A DNA stretch of 64,000 nucleotides from Acidobacteriota bacterium (GTDB taxonomy: Bacteria; Acidobacteriota; Polarisedimenticolia; SMYD01): assembly GCA_004356015.1 (NCBI GenBank), contig SMYD01000104.1, forward strand, positions 10,221 through 74,220, in the 5' to 3' direction. Both the position numbers and the translations under genes were made by a program. The notes beneath the pieces are model-generated. The model had not been told where the DNA came from. It searched no databases and saw nothing but the letters and a program-made list of their open reading frames with translations. This document shows positions 40,081 to 50,326 of the stretch, one piece after another (within the stretch, counting starts at the first letter, position 1; every line of letters starts with the position of its first letter).

Positions 40081-40683
40081 ATGGCAGATCGAATCGATTT
40101 CCCGGTCTGGAACCTGCCCATCGCAATCACCGTCTTCCGCATCTTTCTGGTTCCCATCCTGGTGGTGGTTCTTCTCACCAAGGAGCCGTTTGGCGGGGAT
40201 CAGGACCTCCTGGGACTCGGGATCTTCCTGGTGGCGGCTCTTTCTGACTGGCTGGACGGCTGGCTGGCACGGCGTCGGGGTCAGGTGACGACCCTGGGCG
40301 CCCTCCTGGATCCTGTGGCCGACAAGTTGTTGACCTCGGCCGCTTTCATCTCCCTGGTGGAAATGGACCTCGCCCCGGCCTGGATGGTGGTCATCATTGT
40401 CGGGCGAGAGTTCGCCGTTTCCGGACTGCGCAGTGTGGCGGCTTCCCACCAGATTCCTTTCGGTGCCTCCCTCTGGGGGAAGGGGAAAACTGCCTCCCAG
40501 GTCGTCGCCATCTCACTGCTCATCGTCACGAGCCGGCTGGGCGAGTACAGGTGGCTGGGCATCATGTCGCTGTGGGTGGTCATGGCTCTGGCCCTGCTGT
40601 CGGCCGCCGACTATTTCTACCGGTTCCTGGGCACGATCCTGCGCTCCCGGGCAGGCGCCACCCCGGGGGCCGGGGATGAGTGA
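40081..40683 (+). CDS. pgsA: CDP-diacylglycerol--glycerol-3-phosphate 3-phosphatidyltransferase
   Basis: CDP-alcohol phosphatidyltransferase motif DGWLARRRGQVTTLGALLDPVADK and a multi-TM 200-aa protein. Confidence 0.85.
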   Translation: MADRIDFPVWNLPIAITVFRIFLVPILVVVLLTKEPFGGDQDLLGLGIFLVAALSDWLDGWLARRRGQVTTLGALLDPVADKLLTSAAFISLVEMDLAPAWMVVIIVGREFAVSGLRSVAASHQIPFGASLWGKGKTASQVVAISLLIVTSRLGEYRWLGIMSLWVVMALALLSAADYFYRFLGTILRSRAGATPGAGDE

Positions 40684-41308
40684 TCGCTTCTATGCCACGG
40701 TGCGCGCAATCTCCCTGCCATTTCTCAAAGGCTGGATTCGCCTTCAGGTCCATGGTCTGGAAAACCTTCCCGCCCAGGGTCCTCTTCTGATGGTGGCCAA
40801 CCACACCAGCTTTCTGGATCCGGCCGTGCTGGGGCGTGCCTCTCCCCGGAAGGTTCATTTTTTTATCAAGCGCTCCGTGTGGCGAGACCCCGGCATGAAC
40901 TGGTTCTGGCGTGGCATGGACTCCATCCCGACTTCAGATGACCCCTCCGACACTTCAGGCTTGCGGGCCGGCCTGCGGCACCTGGCCGCCGGGCGGGTGG
41001 TGGGCGTCTTTCCGGAGGGCGGGCGCACCCCGGACGGCAAGCCGGGTGCCACCAAGACCGGGGTCGCCCTCATGGCCGCCCGGACAGGCTGCCCGGTGGT
41101 GGCTGTGGGCATTGACGGCGCCTTCAACTCCATGCCCATGGGGAGTGTGATGCCGAGGCCGAGGCGGATCGACGTCCGCTTCGGCAAACCATTCACGCTG
41201 GCACCGGGGAGGAGTCGTGAGCAACTGGAGGCGGCGGTGGCGCTCATGCAGAGCGCGGTTGCGGCTCTTCTGGATTCTTCTCTCGAGGTCCGGTCGGCGG
41301 GTTCATGA
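40676..41308 (+). CDS. plsC: 1-acyl-sn-glycerol-3-phosphate acyltransferase
   Basis: HxxxxD acyltransferase motif (NHTSFLD) and the PEGGR/PEGTR box (FPEGGRT). Start ATGAGTGA overlaps the pgsA stop. Confidence 0.85.
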   Translation: MSDRFYATVRAISLPFLKGWIRLQVHGLENLPAQGPLLMVANHTSFLDPAVLGRASPRKVHFFIKRSVWRDPGMNWFWRGMDSIPTSDDPSDTSGLRAGLRHLAAGRVVGVFPEGGRTPDGKPGATKTGVALMAARTGCPVVAVGIDGAFNSMPMGSVMPRPRRIDVRFGKPFTLAPGRSREQLEAAVALMQSAVAALLDSSLEVRSAGS

Positions 41309-42552
41309 ATTTCCACGGTCAATCGGTCCCCACGGAACTGCTGGCCGTGGGAAGCGAATTGACCGTGGGTTTGCGCCAGGACACCAATACCCTCTGGTTG
41401 CGCCGGGAACTGCAGGCGCTGCACGTGCGAGTCGTGCGGGTGACTTCCCTGCCGGATCAAGTGGGGGTCATCGCCGATGAGATCGGGGCGGCCTGCTCGC
41501 GCTCTTCCCTGGTCATTCTCACGGGAGGCCTGGGGCCGACCGAGGATGATCGGACTCTGGAGGCTCTGGCAGCGGGACTGGGGCGCCGCCGCCGGGTTCA
41601 TCCCCAGGCTCGCGCCTGGCTGGAGGCGGCCTTGCCCGGCAGGCGGCGGGATGTGGGCCAGGCCCTTCTGCGTCAGGTCAGGTTGCCGGTGGGAGCGAGA
41701 CCTCTGCGCAACAGGCGGGGGACTGCACCAGGCCTGCTGCTGGAAACCGGCAGGAGCCTGCTTGTGGCGCTCCCCGGTGTACCGGATGAGATGCGCGGGC
41801 TCTGGCGGGATGAGGTCCTTCCGGAACTCGCCACTCGTCTCCCCGCTGCCGCCAGGACCCGGAGACGGATGGTGGTCGGCGGGCTGCGTGAATCGGAAGT
41901 GGATGGCAGGGTCGCGCCTGTCTGCCTGCGCCTGGGTGTGGAATTGACCATCCTGGCCGGTGGCGGCGTCGTGGAACTGCACCTGGAGGGAGAGGAGAAG
42001 GCGATGGGATCCGCCCTTCAGGAACTGCGCATCCTGCTGGCGGACGACCTGGTTTCCTCCACCGGTGCTTCTCTGGAAGAGACGGTGCTGGCGGCGGCGC
42101 GGTCTCGTGGAGGTGATCTGGCCGTAGCCGAGTCATGCACCGGCGGGCGCGTGGCAGCGCGCCTGACATCGGTTCCCGGGGCCTCGGATGTGTTTCTGGG
42201 GAGCCTGGTCGTCTACTCCGACGACATGAAACGCAGATTTCTGGGTGTTCCTGAGGCTGTTCTCCGCCAGCATGGTGCGGTCAGCGGGCAGACGGCCCGC
42301 GCCATGGTGGAGGGTCTGCGCAGGCGAACCGGGTGCCGCTGGGGGGTTGCCGTCACCGGCATCGCCGGCCCGCACGGGAGCCGACGCGGCAAGCCCGTGG
42401 GCAGCGTCTGGTTTGCGGCCGCCGGCCCGGAAGGCGTGGTATCTTCGCGGTGCAGGCTCCCTGGCGGTAGGGAGCGTGTTCAGGACGATGCGGCTGGCAT
42501 GGCGCTGGATCTGTTACGGCGGTCGGTGTTGTCCGGACGGTCCGAGGCATGA
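41305..42552 (+). CDS. cinA: CinA family protein (MoCF-binding domain plus CinA C-terminal nicotinamide-nucleotide amidase domain)
   Basis: N-terminal MoaB/MogA-like fold (ELLAVGSELTVG) and a C-terminal CinA domain (LAVAESCTGGRVAARLT...SGQTARAM). Confidence 0.85.
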   Translation: MNFHGQSVPTELLAVGSELTVGLRQDTNTLWLRRELQALHVRVVRVTSLPDQVGVIADEIGAACSRSSLVILTGGLGPTEDDRTLEALAAGLGRRRRVHPQARAWLEAALPGRRRDVGQALLRQVRLPVGARPLRNRRGTAPGLLLETGRSLLVALPGVPDEMRGLWRDEVLPELATRLPAAARTRRRMVVGGLRESEVDGRVAPVCLRLGVELTILAGGGVVELHLEGEEKAMGSALQELRILLADDLVSSTGASLEETVLAAARSRGGDLAVAESCTGGRVAARLTSVPGASDVFLGSLVVYSDDMKRRFLGVPEAVLRQHGAVSGQTARAMVEGLRRRTGCRWGVAVTGIAGPHGSRRGKPVGSVWFAAAGPEGVVSSRCRLPGGRERVQDDAAGMALDLLRRSVLSGRSEA

Positions 42553-43169
42553 GCTTGGTGGCCATGGTTGTCCTCGCCCTTTCCTACTTCCTGGGTGCCG
42601 TGCCGTTCGGCCTTCTTCTGGGACGCTGGCGGGGGGTGGATCCCCGCAGGGTGGGATCCGGCAATATCGGGGCCACCAACGTCACCCGAGCCGGTGGCAG
42701 GGCCCTCGGATTGGCCACATTCCTCCTGGATCTGGGCAAAGGGGCCGCCGGCCCTCTCCTGGCCCGAGGCGCCGGCCTGGATCCCGGGTGGATTGCAGCT
42801 ACCGGAATGATGACTATCCTCGGGCATTGTTTCCCGGTCTACTTGCGGTTCCGGGGAGGCAAGGGAGTGGCCGCACTCATGGGAGTCTTCCTGGTCATGA
42901 ACTCTGTTGCCGCGGTCGCCGCCGCGGCGGCGTTCGCTGTCAGCCTCCTGGCTTTCCGGTACGTAGCCCTTTCCTCCTTCTGCCTGGCCCTGACCCTGGC
43001 CGGGACCTCTGTCTGGCTGAGAGGCTCCTCCCAGCCAGAGTCCATCACGGCCCTGGCCTGCGTGCTGCTGGTCGCTTATACCCATCGCGCGAACTGGTCG
43101 CGCATGCTGCGTGGCACCGAGGAGCGCGCGTTCGCTCCTCCTGATCCTGGTGAGTCGGCGGATGGCTGA
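42549..43169 (+). CDS. plsY: Glycerol-3-phosphate acyltransferase PlsY
   Basis: PlsY signatures GSGNIGATNV and GGKGVA in a multi-TM protein. Confidence 0.88.
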   Translation: MSLVAMVVLALSYFLGAVPFGLLLGRWRGVDPRRVGSGNIGATNVTRAGGRALGLATFLLDLGKGAAGPLLARGAGLDPGWIAATGMMTILGHCFPVYLRFRGGKGVAALMGVFLVMNSVAAVAAAAAFAVSLLAFRYVALSSFCLALTLAGTSVWLRGSSQPESITALACVLLVAYTHRANWSRMLRGTEERAFAPPDPGESADG

Positions 43170-44199
43170 CATCGCGGTCCTTGGCGGCGGTTCATGGGGG
43201 ACGGCCCTTGCGGATCACCTGGCCCGCCGCGGGCACCAGGTCCATTTGCTGTTCCGGGATGCGGATCTGGCGGCACAGGTGCGTCGAACTCGGGTCAATA
43301 AGCCTTACCTTCCGGGCATCCGCTTGCCGGACGGCGTGGTGGCCACCGCAGATCCCCGGGAAGCCCTGGCCCGGATGGATCTGGCCCTGGTGGCCACGCC
43401 GGTGCGCGGCCTGCAGCAGGCGGCTCGCTGGCTCGAGCAGTCGCCGGCACGTGCCGTGCCGTTGGTGTCTTGCGCCAAGGGAATTCAGGAAGAAACTCTG
43501 GAGACACCCAGCATGGTCCTGGCCAGGCTCCTGCCGGGAGCAGCACGGAACCTCGTCATCCTGTCAGGTCCCTCCTTCGCCGTGGAACTGGTTCGGGGCG
43601 ACCCCACTGCTGCGGTGGTGGCCGCCAGGGAACCAGGGGTGGCCAGGGAGGCGCAGGACATTCTCTCCGGGGGGACCTTCCGCCTCTATCGCAATGAGGA
43701 TCCGATAGGGGTCGAGCTGGCAGGTGCCCTGAAGAACGTCATGGCACTGGCGGCGGGAGTGGTCACGGGCCTGGGTCTGGGGGCCAATACCATGGCGGCC
43801 CTCATCACCAGGGGCCTGGCGGAGATGAGCCGACTGGGGTTGCGCATGGGTGGGCAGACTGCAACTTTTTCCGGGCTGGCCGGACTGGGAGATCTGGTGC
43901 TCACCTGCACAAGCCCCCTCTCACGCAATCACTCGGTGGGATGTGAACTGGGGCGGGGCCGTTCGCTGCAGGAGATCCTGCAAGGTATGCGGATGGTCGC
44001 CGAAGGAGTTCCCACCACCCGGGCGGCCCGGCAGCTTGCCCGGCGGGAGGGGGTGGAAATGCCGATCGTGGAACAGATGCACGGCATTCTCTTTGCCGGT
44101 CAGGCGCCGCGTCGGGCGCTGGAAGAACTTCTCGCCCGCGACCTGAGGCGGGAGTCCGATGCCGCGGGAGCACAGGGGAGCGATGTTGCCGGGGTTTGA
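43162..44199 (+). CDS. gpsA: NAD(P)H-dependent glycerol-3-phosphate dehydrogenase
   Basis: Rossmann motif GGGSWGTALA with the catalytic region and C-terminal domain conserved. ATG at 43162 overlaps the plsY stop. Confidence 0.9.
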   Translation: MADIAVLGGGSWGTALADHLARRGHQVHLLFRDADLAAQVRRTRVNKPYLPGIRLPDGVVATADPREALARMDLALVATPVRGLQQAARWLEQSPARAVPLVSCAKGIQEETLETPSMVLARLLPGAARNLVILSGPSFAVELVRGDPTAAVVAAREPGVAREAQDILSGGTFRLYRNEDPIGVELAGALKNVMALAAGVVTGLGLGANTMAALITRGLAEMSRLGLRMGGQTATFSGLAGLGDLVLTCTSPLSRNHSVGCELGRGRSLQEILQGMRMVAEGVPTTRAARQLARREGVEMPIVEQMHGILFAGQAPRRALEELLARDLRRESDAAGAQGSDVAGV

Positions 44200-44223
44200 T
44201 ATGATTCGCCAGGAAACGCAAAG

Positions 44224-44928
44224 ATGGGGAGAGCGGAGATGATCCAAGCAGCACGGAGGAAGCGGTTTGGCGCGGCCATGGTGTTGCTGGTCCTGCTGGC
44301 GGCTGCCGGTTGTGGCGGGTCCGGCGCACGGCGTACCGCGGAAGACCTGGAAAATGATCCGCAGAATCACTACCGCTGGGCACGGGAACAACATCTGCGG
44401 GGCTACTACAAGGAAGCCCTGGAGTCCATCGACAAGGCTATCGCCCTGGATGGGACCGCCTACCTGTATTACAATGAGCGAGGCCTGATTCACCTCAATG
44501 CCGGACAGCCGGAGGAGGCTCTTCTGGATTTCAGGAGGGTCCTGGCGATCAACCCGCTCTACACCGATGCTCACAATAATCTGGGTGCCACCCTGGCCCG
44601 GATGGGGCAGCCAAGTGAGGCCCGGGCCGAGTTCCAGAGAGTTCTGGAGGACCCTCTCTACCCGACCAAGGAGAAGGCTCTCGCCAACCTCGGGGACATC
44701 TTGTTTGCCGCCGGGGATTACGAGGGTGCCATCGCGGAATTACGGAGGGCCGTCGCCATCAACAAGGATTATGCCCGCGCTTACTCCAAACTGGGGCGGT
44801 CTTACCAGGCGCTGGGGCGCATGGATGAGGCCCGCGAGTCGTTCGAGACCGTCCTGAAGCTGGTGCCGCTTTCCGAGCTGGGGCGCGAAGTCAAGCAGGT
44901 TCTTGAGGATATGGGCCGGGTCGACTGA
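44224..44928 (+). CDS. TPR-repeat lipoprotein
   Basis: Lipobox LLAAAGCGG followed by about five TPR repeats. Confidence 0.7.
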   Translation: MGRAEMIQAARRKRFGAAMVLLVLLAAAGCGGSGARRTAEDLENDPQNHYRWAREQHLRGYYKEALESIDKAIALDGTAYLYYNERGLIHLNAGQPEEALLDFRRVLAINPLYTDAHNNLGATLARMGQPSEARAEFQRVLEDPLYPTKEKALANLGDILFAAGDYEGAIAELRRAVAINKDYARAYSKLGRSYQALGRMDEARESFETVLKLVPLSELGREVKQVLEDMGRVD

Positions 44929-44935
44929 GGGCGCC

Positions 44936-45871
44936 ATGACCTCCACGGAGCCCAGGAACCGCTTCGGGCGGCTGCTGCTTGGCCTGTCCCGAACGCGGAC
45001 CGAGATGGTGGCCCGGATTCGCCGCTTGGCCGGCGGTGGCAGGCCCCTGGATGACGAAAAGCTGGAGGAGATCGAGGAGATCCTCCTGGGAGCGGATTGC
45101 GGCCTGTCCATCACCCAGGCCGTGATCGAAGCGATTCGCTCCGGTGCTGCCGCCGGTGGCGCCGGGACGGCGACTGACGTTCTGGAACTCCTGCGGCGGG
45201 AGTTGCTGGCCTCGTTTCCGCCGGCGCGGGAGATTCCGCGCGGCCGGCCCCATGTGATTCTTCTTGTAGGCGTGAACGGGTCCGGCAAGACGACCACAGC
45301 CGGCAAGCTCGCCCGGCGCTACGTGGAGGAGGGACAGCGTGTTGTCCTGGCAGCGGCGGATACCTATCGTGCCGCGGCGGTGGAGCAACTGGCTGTCTGG
45401 GCGCAGCGGGCAGGGGTTGAAATGGTGGCCCAGAAAGAGGGCGCCGATCCGGCTGCGGTGGTGGTGGACGGATTGCGTGCCGCCCGGGCCAGGAATGCAG
45501 ATATTCTGCTCGCGGATACGGCCGGACGTATGCACACTCGTGAATCCCTCATGCGTGAACTGGGAAAGATCGGGCGTGTCGCGGGTTGTGAAGTCGAAGG
45601 AGCTCCGCACGAAGTCCTTCTGGTCATGGACGCGTGCACCGGACAAAACGGCCTCATCCTGGCACAGCGGTTCAACGCTGCCCTGCCCGTCACCGGGCTT
45701 GTGGTGACCAAGCTGGATGGAACCGCCAGGGGAGGGATTGCCGTCGCTCTCAGTCGGGAACTGAAGCTCCCCATTCGTTATGTGGGTGTGGGGGAAGAGG
45801 CAGAGGATCTCCTGGAATTCTCGCCCCGGGAGTTCGTGGATGGGCTTCTGGCGGTTCCCGATCCAGGATGA
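44936..45871 (+). CDS. ftsY: Signal recognition particle receptor FtsY
   Basis: Short N-domain then NG domain with GVNGSGKTT, DTAGR and TKLDG motifs. Confidence 0.9.
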   Translation: MTSTEPRNRFGRLLLGLSRTRTEMVARIRRLAGGGRPLDDEKLEEIEEILLGADCGLSITQAVIEAIRSGAAAGGAGTATDVLELLRRELLASFPPAREIPRGRPHVILLVGVNGSGKTTTAGKLARRYVEEGQRVVLAAADTYRAAAVEQLAVWAQRAGVEMVAQKEGADPAAVVVDGLRAARARNADILLADTAGRMHTRESLMRELGKIGRVAGCEVEGAPHEVLLVMDACTGQNGLILAQRFNAALPVTGLVVTKLDGTARGGIAVALSRELKLPIRYVGVGEEAEDLLEFSPREFVDGLLAVPDPG

Positions 45872-47019
45872 GAGCCGGAGAAACCGGGTCTCGGTCACGC
45901 GCCCGTGATGATTTCTGGATGGATCAGGCTCTGGCCCTGGCTCGCCGGGGGCAGGGGGCGGTGTCTCCCAACCCCATGGTAGGGGCGGTTCTGGTGCGGG
46001 ACAACCGTGTCCTGGCGGAGGGATACCATCGTATCTACGGCGGTGATCACGCCGAAGTCTACGCGCTGCGGCGGGCGGGAAACACCGTCCGGGGTGCCAC
46101 CTTGTACACCAATCTCGAACCATGTGCCCACCAGGGCAAAACGCCTCCCTGTGCGGTGGCCCTGCGGGAAGCGGGCATTCGCCGCGCCGTGGTGGCGGTT
46201 CGCGACGCCGATCCCCGGGTCCAGGGGGGGGGACTTCGCCTGCTGCGTCGGGCCGGCATCCAGGTGGAATTGGGTCTGAGGGCGAAGGCTGCCCGCGCCC
46301 TCAACGAGCCGTACCTGATACGAATGGGCCAGGGCCGGCCGCTGGTGATTCTCAAGGCGGGAGCCTCCCTGGACGGGCGGATTGCAGGGCGGGGAGGGCA
46401 CAGCCGCTGGATCACCTCGGTGGAATCCCGCCGCCGCGGGCGTGTCTGGCGAGAGCGGGTCGACGCCATTCTTGTGGGTGGAGGAACGGCTCGGTTCGAC
46501 AACCCTCTCCTGACCGTCCGGAACTCCGGCCGGCCCGCGCGCCGCCAGCCTCTCCGGGTTGTCCTGATCGGGCGGGAAGGCCTCAACGCGGACGCCCGGC
46601 TCCTCCAGGACACCGCAGGCGCTGTGCTAATCTATACAAGCGCGGGCTTTGGAGAGCGGAGGCGGGTTCTGGAGCGGGCCGGGGCGGAGGTCGTCGAGGT
46701 CCCCGGCGAGAAGCAGAGACCTGGCGTGAGTCATGTGCTCACCGACCTTGGCCGGAGAGGAGTGGCCTCTGTTCTGGTAGAAGGGGGCGGTGAAGTCGCC
46801 TGGTCCTTTCTTCACAACGGCCTGGTCGACCATCTGATCTGGTACATCAGCCCGATGATCATAGGTGGGGGCGGGGTTCCGGTCGTTGGCGGACCGGGAG
46901 TGCCCCGGCCGGCGGCAGGGATCCGGTTGCAGGACCTGCGGCTGAAGAGGATTGGTCCGGATCTGGAGATACGGGCGCGTCCGGCAGGCAAACGGAGTCG
47001 ACGTCGGTTGGAGTCCTGA
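45868..47019 (+). CDS. ribD: Bifunctional diaminohydroxyphosphoribosylaminopyrimidine deaminase / 5-amino-6-(5-phosphoribosylamino)uracil reductase
   Basis: CDA-fold zinc motifs HAEV...EPCAHQGKTPPC and a C-terminal RibD reductase domain. ATG at 45868 overlaps the ftsY stop (ATGA); an alternative start MDQALA is 17 codons downstream. Confidence 0.88.
   Translation: MRAGETGSRSRARDDFWMDQALALARRGQGAVSPNPMVGAVLVRDNRVLAEGYHRIYGGDHAEVYALRRAGNTVRGATLYTNLEPCAHQGKTPPCAVALREAGIRRAVVAVRDADPRVQGGGLRLLRRAGIQVELGLRAKAARALNEPYLIRMGQGRPLVILKAGASLDGRIAGRGGHSRWITSVESRRRGRVWRERVDAILVGGGTARFDNPLLTVRNSGRPARRQPLRVVLIGREGLNADARLLQDTAGAVLIYTSAGFGERRRVLERAGAEVVEVPGEKQRPGVSHVLTDLGRRGVASVLVEGGGEVAWSFLHNGLVDHLIWYISPMIIGGGGVPVVGGPGVPRPAAGIRLQDLRLKRIGPDLEIRARPAGKRSRRRLES
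46224..46232. repeat. G9 homopolymer inside ribD, encoding Q-G-G-G
   Basis: ccaggggggggga read directly. Confidence 0.8.
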
Positions 47020-47663
47020 TGTTCACAGGTATCATCAGTCATGTGGGACGGATTGCCGGCAGGGAGGTCCGGGGTGATGGCGCCACCCTTCGGATCGCCA
47101 GTTCCGTGGTCCATGACTCCCTGGGGCGCGGCGAGAGTCTTGCCGTGGCAGGGGTCTGCCTGACCGTGGAGAGCTGGGATGACATCGCCTTCAAGGTCAC
47201 CGTGTCACCGGAGACCCTGCGCCGGACCCGCCTCGGCCATCTTGCGCCGGGTCAGAAGGTCAATCTTGAGAGAGCTCTGAGAGCCGGCGACCGCATGGGT
47301 GGACATATTGTCCAGGGTCACGTGGATGGCCTGGGCTGCGTGCGCAGCGTTCGCTCTGAAGGAGTGAGCCGGATCCTTTCGCTGGCTGCTCCCGCCGGTT
47401 TGCGTCCCCACCTGGTGGACAGGGGGTCGGTGGCCGTGGACGGCGTGTCACTGACGGTCACTGCCGTGGACGCAGGCGGATTCGAGGTCACTTTGATCCC
47501 GGAGACTCTCCGGCAGACCACCCTGGTGGATCTCAAGGCCGGGGATACCGTCAATCTCGAAGCGGATATGGTGTCCAGATATCTGGCCAACCATCTGCGT
47601 TTCATGAATGGTGAGGACGAGTCGGGGTCGGCGGCGTCGTGGCTGGCCGCCGGGGGCGCGTAA
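47019..47663 (+). CDS. ribE: Riboflavin synthase (alpha chain)
   Basis: MFTGII start with two homologous lumazine-binding repeats ([13 protein letters not shown] / [12 protein letters not shown]). Confidence 0.88.
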   Translation: MFTGIISHVGRIAGREVRGDGATLRIASSVVHDSLGRGESLAVAGVCLTVESWDDIAFKVTVSPETLRRTRLGHLAPGQKVNLERALRAGDRMGGHIVQGHVDGLGCVRSVRSEGVSRILSLAAPAGLRPHLVDRGSVAVDGVSLTVTAVDAGGFEVTLIPETLRQTTLVDLKAGDTVNLEADMVSRYLANHLRFMNGEDESGSAASWLAAGGA

Positions 47664-47664
47664 C

Positions 47665-48867
47665 ATGCCGTTCGCGGCCATCGAAGAAGCCATCGAGGAC
47701 ATTCGCGCGGGCAGGATGGTCATCGTCATCGATGATGAAGACCGGGAAAACGAAGGTGATCTGACCATGGCCGCTGAACGGGTCACGCCGGAGGCCATCA
47801 ACTTCATGGCCCGTTATGGCCGTGGCTTGATCTGCCTGCCCATGACCGCTGAGCGGCTGGATGAACTCGAGATCCCCCTGATGGTCGAGCGCAACACCGC
47901 GGCTTATCGCACGGCTTTCTGTGTGAGCATTGAAGCCCGGCAGAAGGTGTCCACAGGCATCTCCGCCGCCGACCGGGCCGTCACCGTGAAAACAGCGGTG
48001 GATCCGGACACCGGTCCCCGGGATCTGGCGCGCCCGGGACACGTCTTTCCCCTGCGTGCACGTCCCGGCGGTGTTCTCCGCCGGGCGGGACAGACCGAGG
48101 CGGCGGTGGACCTCGCCAGGCTGGCGGGTCTGACGCCCGCAGGCGTCATCTGCGAGATCATGAACGAAGACGGAACCATGGCCAGAGTCGATGATCTCGA
48201 GACATTCTCTCGAACTCATCACCTCAAGATGATCCTGGTGGCAGACCTGATCCGCTACAGGATGCAGAATGAGCGTCTGGTCCGGCGCGTGGCCGCGCCC
48301 TCCCTGCCCACCCGCCACGGCAATTTCAGACTGCTCGCCTACCGCTCACGCCTGGAACGAAAGACCCATCTGGCCCTGGTCATGGGGAAGATCGACTCGC
48401 ATGAGCCGGTCCTGGTGCGTGTTCACTCCGAATGTCTGACCGGGGATGTCTTCGGTTCCCTGCGCTGCGACTGCGGCCGGCAACTGGATCGGGCCATGGA
48501 ACTCATCGCCGCTGAAGGGTGTGGAGTGGTGATTTATTTGCGCCAGGAAGGCCGGGGTATCGGGCTCATCAATAAGCTGCGCGCCTACGAACTCCAGGAC
48601 CAGGGGGCTGACACCGTGGTGGCCAACGAAAAGCTTGGTTTCCGGGCTGATCAGCGCAACTATGGCATCGGCGCCCAGATGCTCAACGACCTGGGAGTCC
48701 GCAAGCTCCGCGTGTTGAGCAATAATCCGGTCAAGTTCGTGGCTCTCAAGGGATACGGCCTGGAGATCGTCGAGCGGGTGCCTATCGAAATCCCAGCCGA
48801 TGACTTTTCACGCAAGTATCTGAAGACCAAGAAGGATAAAATGGGGCACCTTCTGGATTCGGTTTGA
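47665..48867 (+). CDS. ribBA: Bifunctional 3,4-dihydroxy-2-butanone-4-phosphate synthase / GTP cyclohydrolase II
   Basis: DHBP synthase N-half ([11 protein letters not shown]) and a GTP cyclohydrolase II C-half with a CxxGxxxxC zinc site ([15 protein letters not shown]). Confidence 0.9.
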   Translation: MPFAAIEEAIEDIRAGRMVIVIDDEDRENEGDLTMAAERVTPEAINFMARYGRGLICLPMTAERLDELEIPLMVERNTAAYRTAFCVSIEARQKVSTGISAADRAVTVKTAVDPDTGPRDLARPGHVFPLRARPGGVLRRAGQTEAAVDLARLAGLTPAGVICEIMNEDGTMARVDDLETFSRTHHLKMILVADLIRYRMQNERLVRRVAAPSLPTRHGNFRLLAYRSRLERKTHLALVMGKIDSHEPVLVRVHSECLTGDVFGSLRCDCGRQLDRAMELIAAEGCGVVIYLRQEGRGIGLINKLRAYELQDQGADTVVANEKLGFRADQRNYGIGAQMLNDLGVRKLRVLSNNPVKFVALKGYGLEIVERVPIEIPADDFSRKYLKTKKDKMGHLLDSV

Positions 48868-48911
48868 CCCTTGGGCGGGCCTTGACAGAAGTCATAAGTC
48901 TCTGAATAATG
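48864..48911 (+). promoter_or_regulatory. Candidate ffh promoter (TTGACC/TTGACA, 17-18 nt spacer, AATAAT) overlapping the ribBA stop
   Basis: TTGACA at about 48882-48887 and AATAAT at about 48906-48911, read directly. Confidence 0.35.
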
Positions 48912-48949
48912 AAGGGTTTGTGCCAAGCGGTGGAGAGTCTCCGCAGGAG

Positions 48950-50275
48950 ATGGATGTGTTCGACAGCCTGACCGACAGACTGGGTGGCATCTTCAAGAAG
49001 CTGCGTGGCCAGGGTCACCTGACCGAGGCCAACATGCAGGCGGGACTGCGTGAAATCCGCGTCGCGCTGCTGGAGGCTGATGTCAACTTCCGGGTGGTCC
49101 GCGATCTCCTGGCTCGCATCAAGGTGAAGGCCCTGGGCGATGAAGTCATGAACTCCCTAACCCCGGGTCAGCAACTGCTCAAGGTCGTACGCGATGAAAT
49201 GATCGGCATGCTGGGCGGCGAACATCAGGAACTGAAATTCGCCTCCCGCCCTCCCACCGTGATCCTCATGGCAGGCCTGCAAGGCTCGGGAAAGACCACC
49301 ACCGCCGCCAAGCTGGCGCGACGCCTGAAAGCCCGCGGGAAATCGCCGCTGCTGGTCCCGGCCGATCTGTCCCGGCCGGCGGCCATCGAGCAGTTGCGCC
49401 GTCTGGGAGAACAGGCCGGTGTCCCTGTCTTTCCCAGCACCGTGGATGCAACGCCCCTGGGTGTTGCCGAAGCCGGGGTCCGCATGGCGCGGGAGAAGGG
49501 GCATGACCCGGTGATTGTGGATACTGCCGGCCGCCTTCATGTGGATGAGGAGCTCATGGCGGAACTCCGCAGCCTGCGCGATGCCACCCGGCCCGTGGAA
49601 ATTCTTTACGTGGCTGATGCCATGACGGGCCAGGATGCCGTGACCAGCGCGAGCAGTTTCCATGAGAGCCTGGGCCTGACCGGAGTGATCCTCTCCAAGC
49701 TGGATGGCGATGCCAGGGGAGGGGGCGCCCTGTCCCTCAGGGCCGTGACTGGAGTGCCCATCCGGTTTGTCGGCACGGGTGAACAAGTTGATGCCCTGGA
49801 GCCGTTTCACCCGGACAGGATGGTTTCCCGCATCCTGGGAATGGGCGATGTCCTGAGCCTCATTGAAAAAGTCCAGGCGGTCGCCGATGAGAAGGATGCC
49901 CGGGTTCTGGCCCGTAAGATGCGGCAGGCGACCTTCACCCTTGAGGACTTCAGGGGTCAGCTGCGCCAAGTGCAGAAACTGGGCCCTCTGGACCAATTGC
50001 TCAAGATGATGCCGGGAGCGGGGAATCTCAGCATCCCCGAGCAGTCGGGCCAGGAACTGAAACGCACCGAGGCCATCATCAACTCCATGACTCCCGGCGA
50101 GCGCCAGGATCACACCATCATCAATGGCGGGCGCAGAAAACGGATCGCGCGGGGATCCGGAACCTCCGTCCAGGCGGTCAACCGCCTTCTCAAGCAGTTC
50201 GCGTCGCTCCATCGCATGATGAAAAAAACCGGGGGCCGTTTCGATCCGGGTGCCCTGCGGCAGATGAAATTCTAA
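48950..50275 (+). CDS. ffh: Signal recognition particle protein Ffh
   Basis: [11 protein letters not shown] start typical of Ffh, NG domain with [14 protein letters not shown] and a Met-rich M domain. The track ORF opens at 48920. Confidence 0.92.
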   Translation: MDVFDSLTDRLGGIFKKLRGQGHLTEANMQAGLREIRVALLEADVNFRVVRDLLARIKVKALGDEVMNSLTPGQQLLKVVRDEMIGMLGGEHQELKFASRPPTVILMAGLQGSGKTTTAAKLARRLKARGKSPLLVPADLSRPAAIEQLRRLGEQAGVPVFPSTVDATPLGVAEAGVRMAREKGHDPVIVDTAGRLHVDEELMAELRSLRDATRPVEILYVADAMTGQDAVTSASSFHESLGLTGVILSKLDGDARGGGALSLRAVTGVPIRFVGTGEQVDALEPFHPDRMVSRILGMGDVLSLIEKVQAVADEKDARVLARKMRQATFTLEDFRGQLRQVQKLGPLDQLLKMMPGAGNLSIPEQSGQELKRTEAIINSMTPGERQDHTIINGGRRKRIARGSGTSVQAVNRLLKQFASLHRMMKKTGGRFDPGALRQMKF

Positions 50276-50326
50276 TGACCGGGAGCCGGCGTGGCGCCGG
50301 ACCGGGAGAACGAAAGGAAGAGAAGC

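Noticed and set aside
45868-45930. FMN riboswitch upstream of ribD
   Set aside because: ribD overlaps the ftsY stop; there is no non-coding space and no RFN-like conserved segments are visible.
50276-50326. GCCGGCG-tg-GCGCCGG hairpin after ffh as a terminator
   Set aside because: Imperfect stem with a 2-nt loop and no U-tract. rpsP is normally co-transcribed with ffh.
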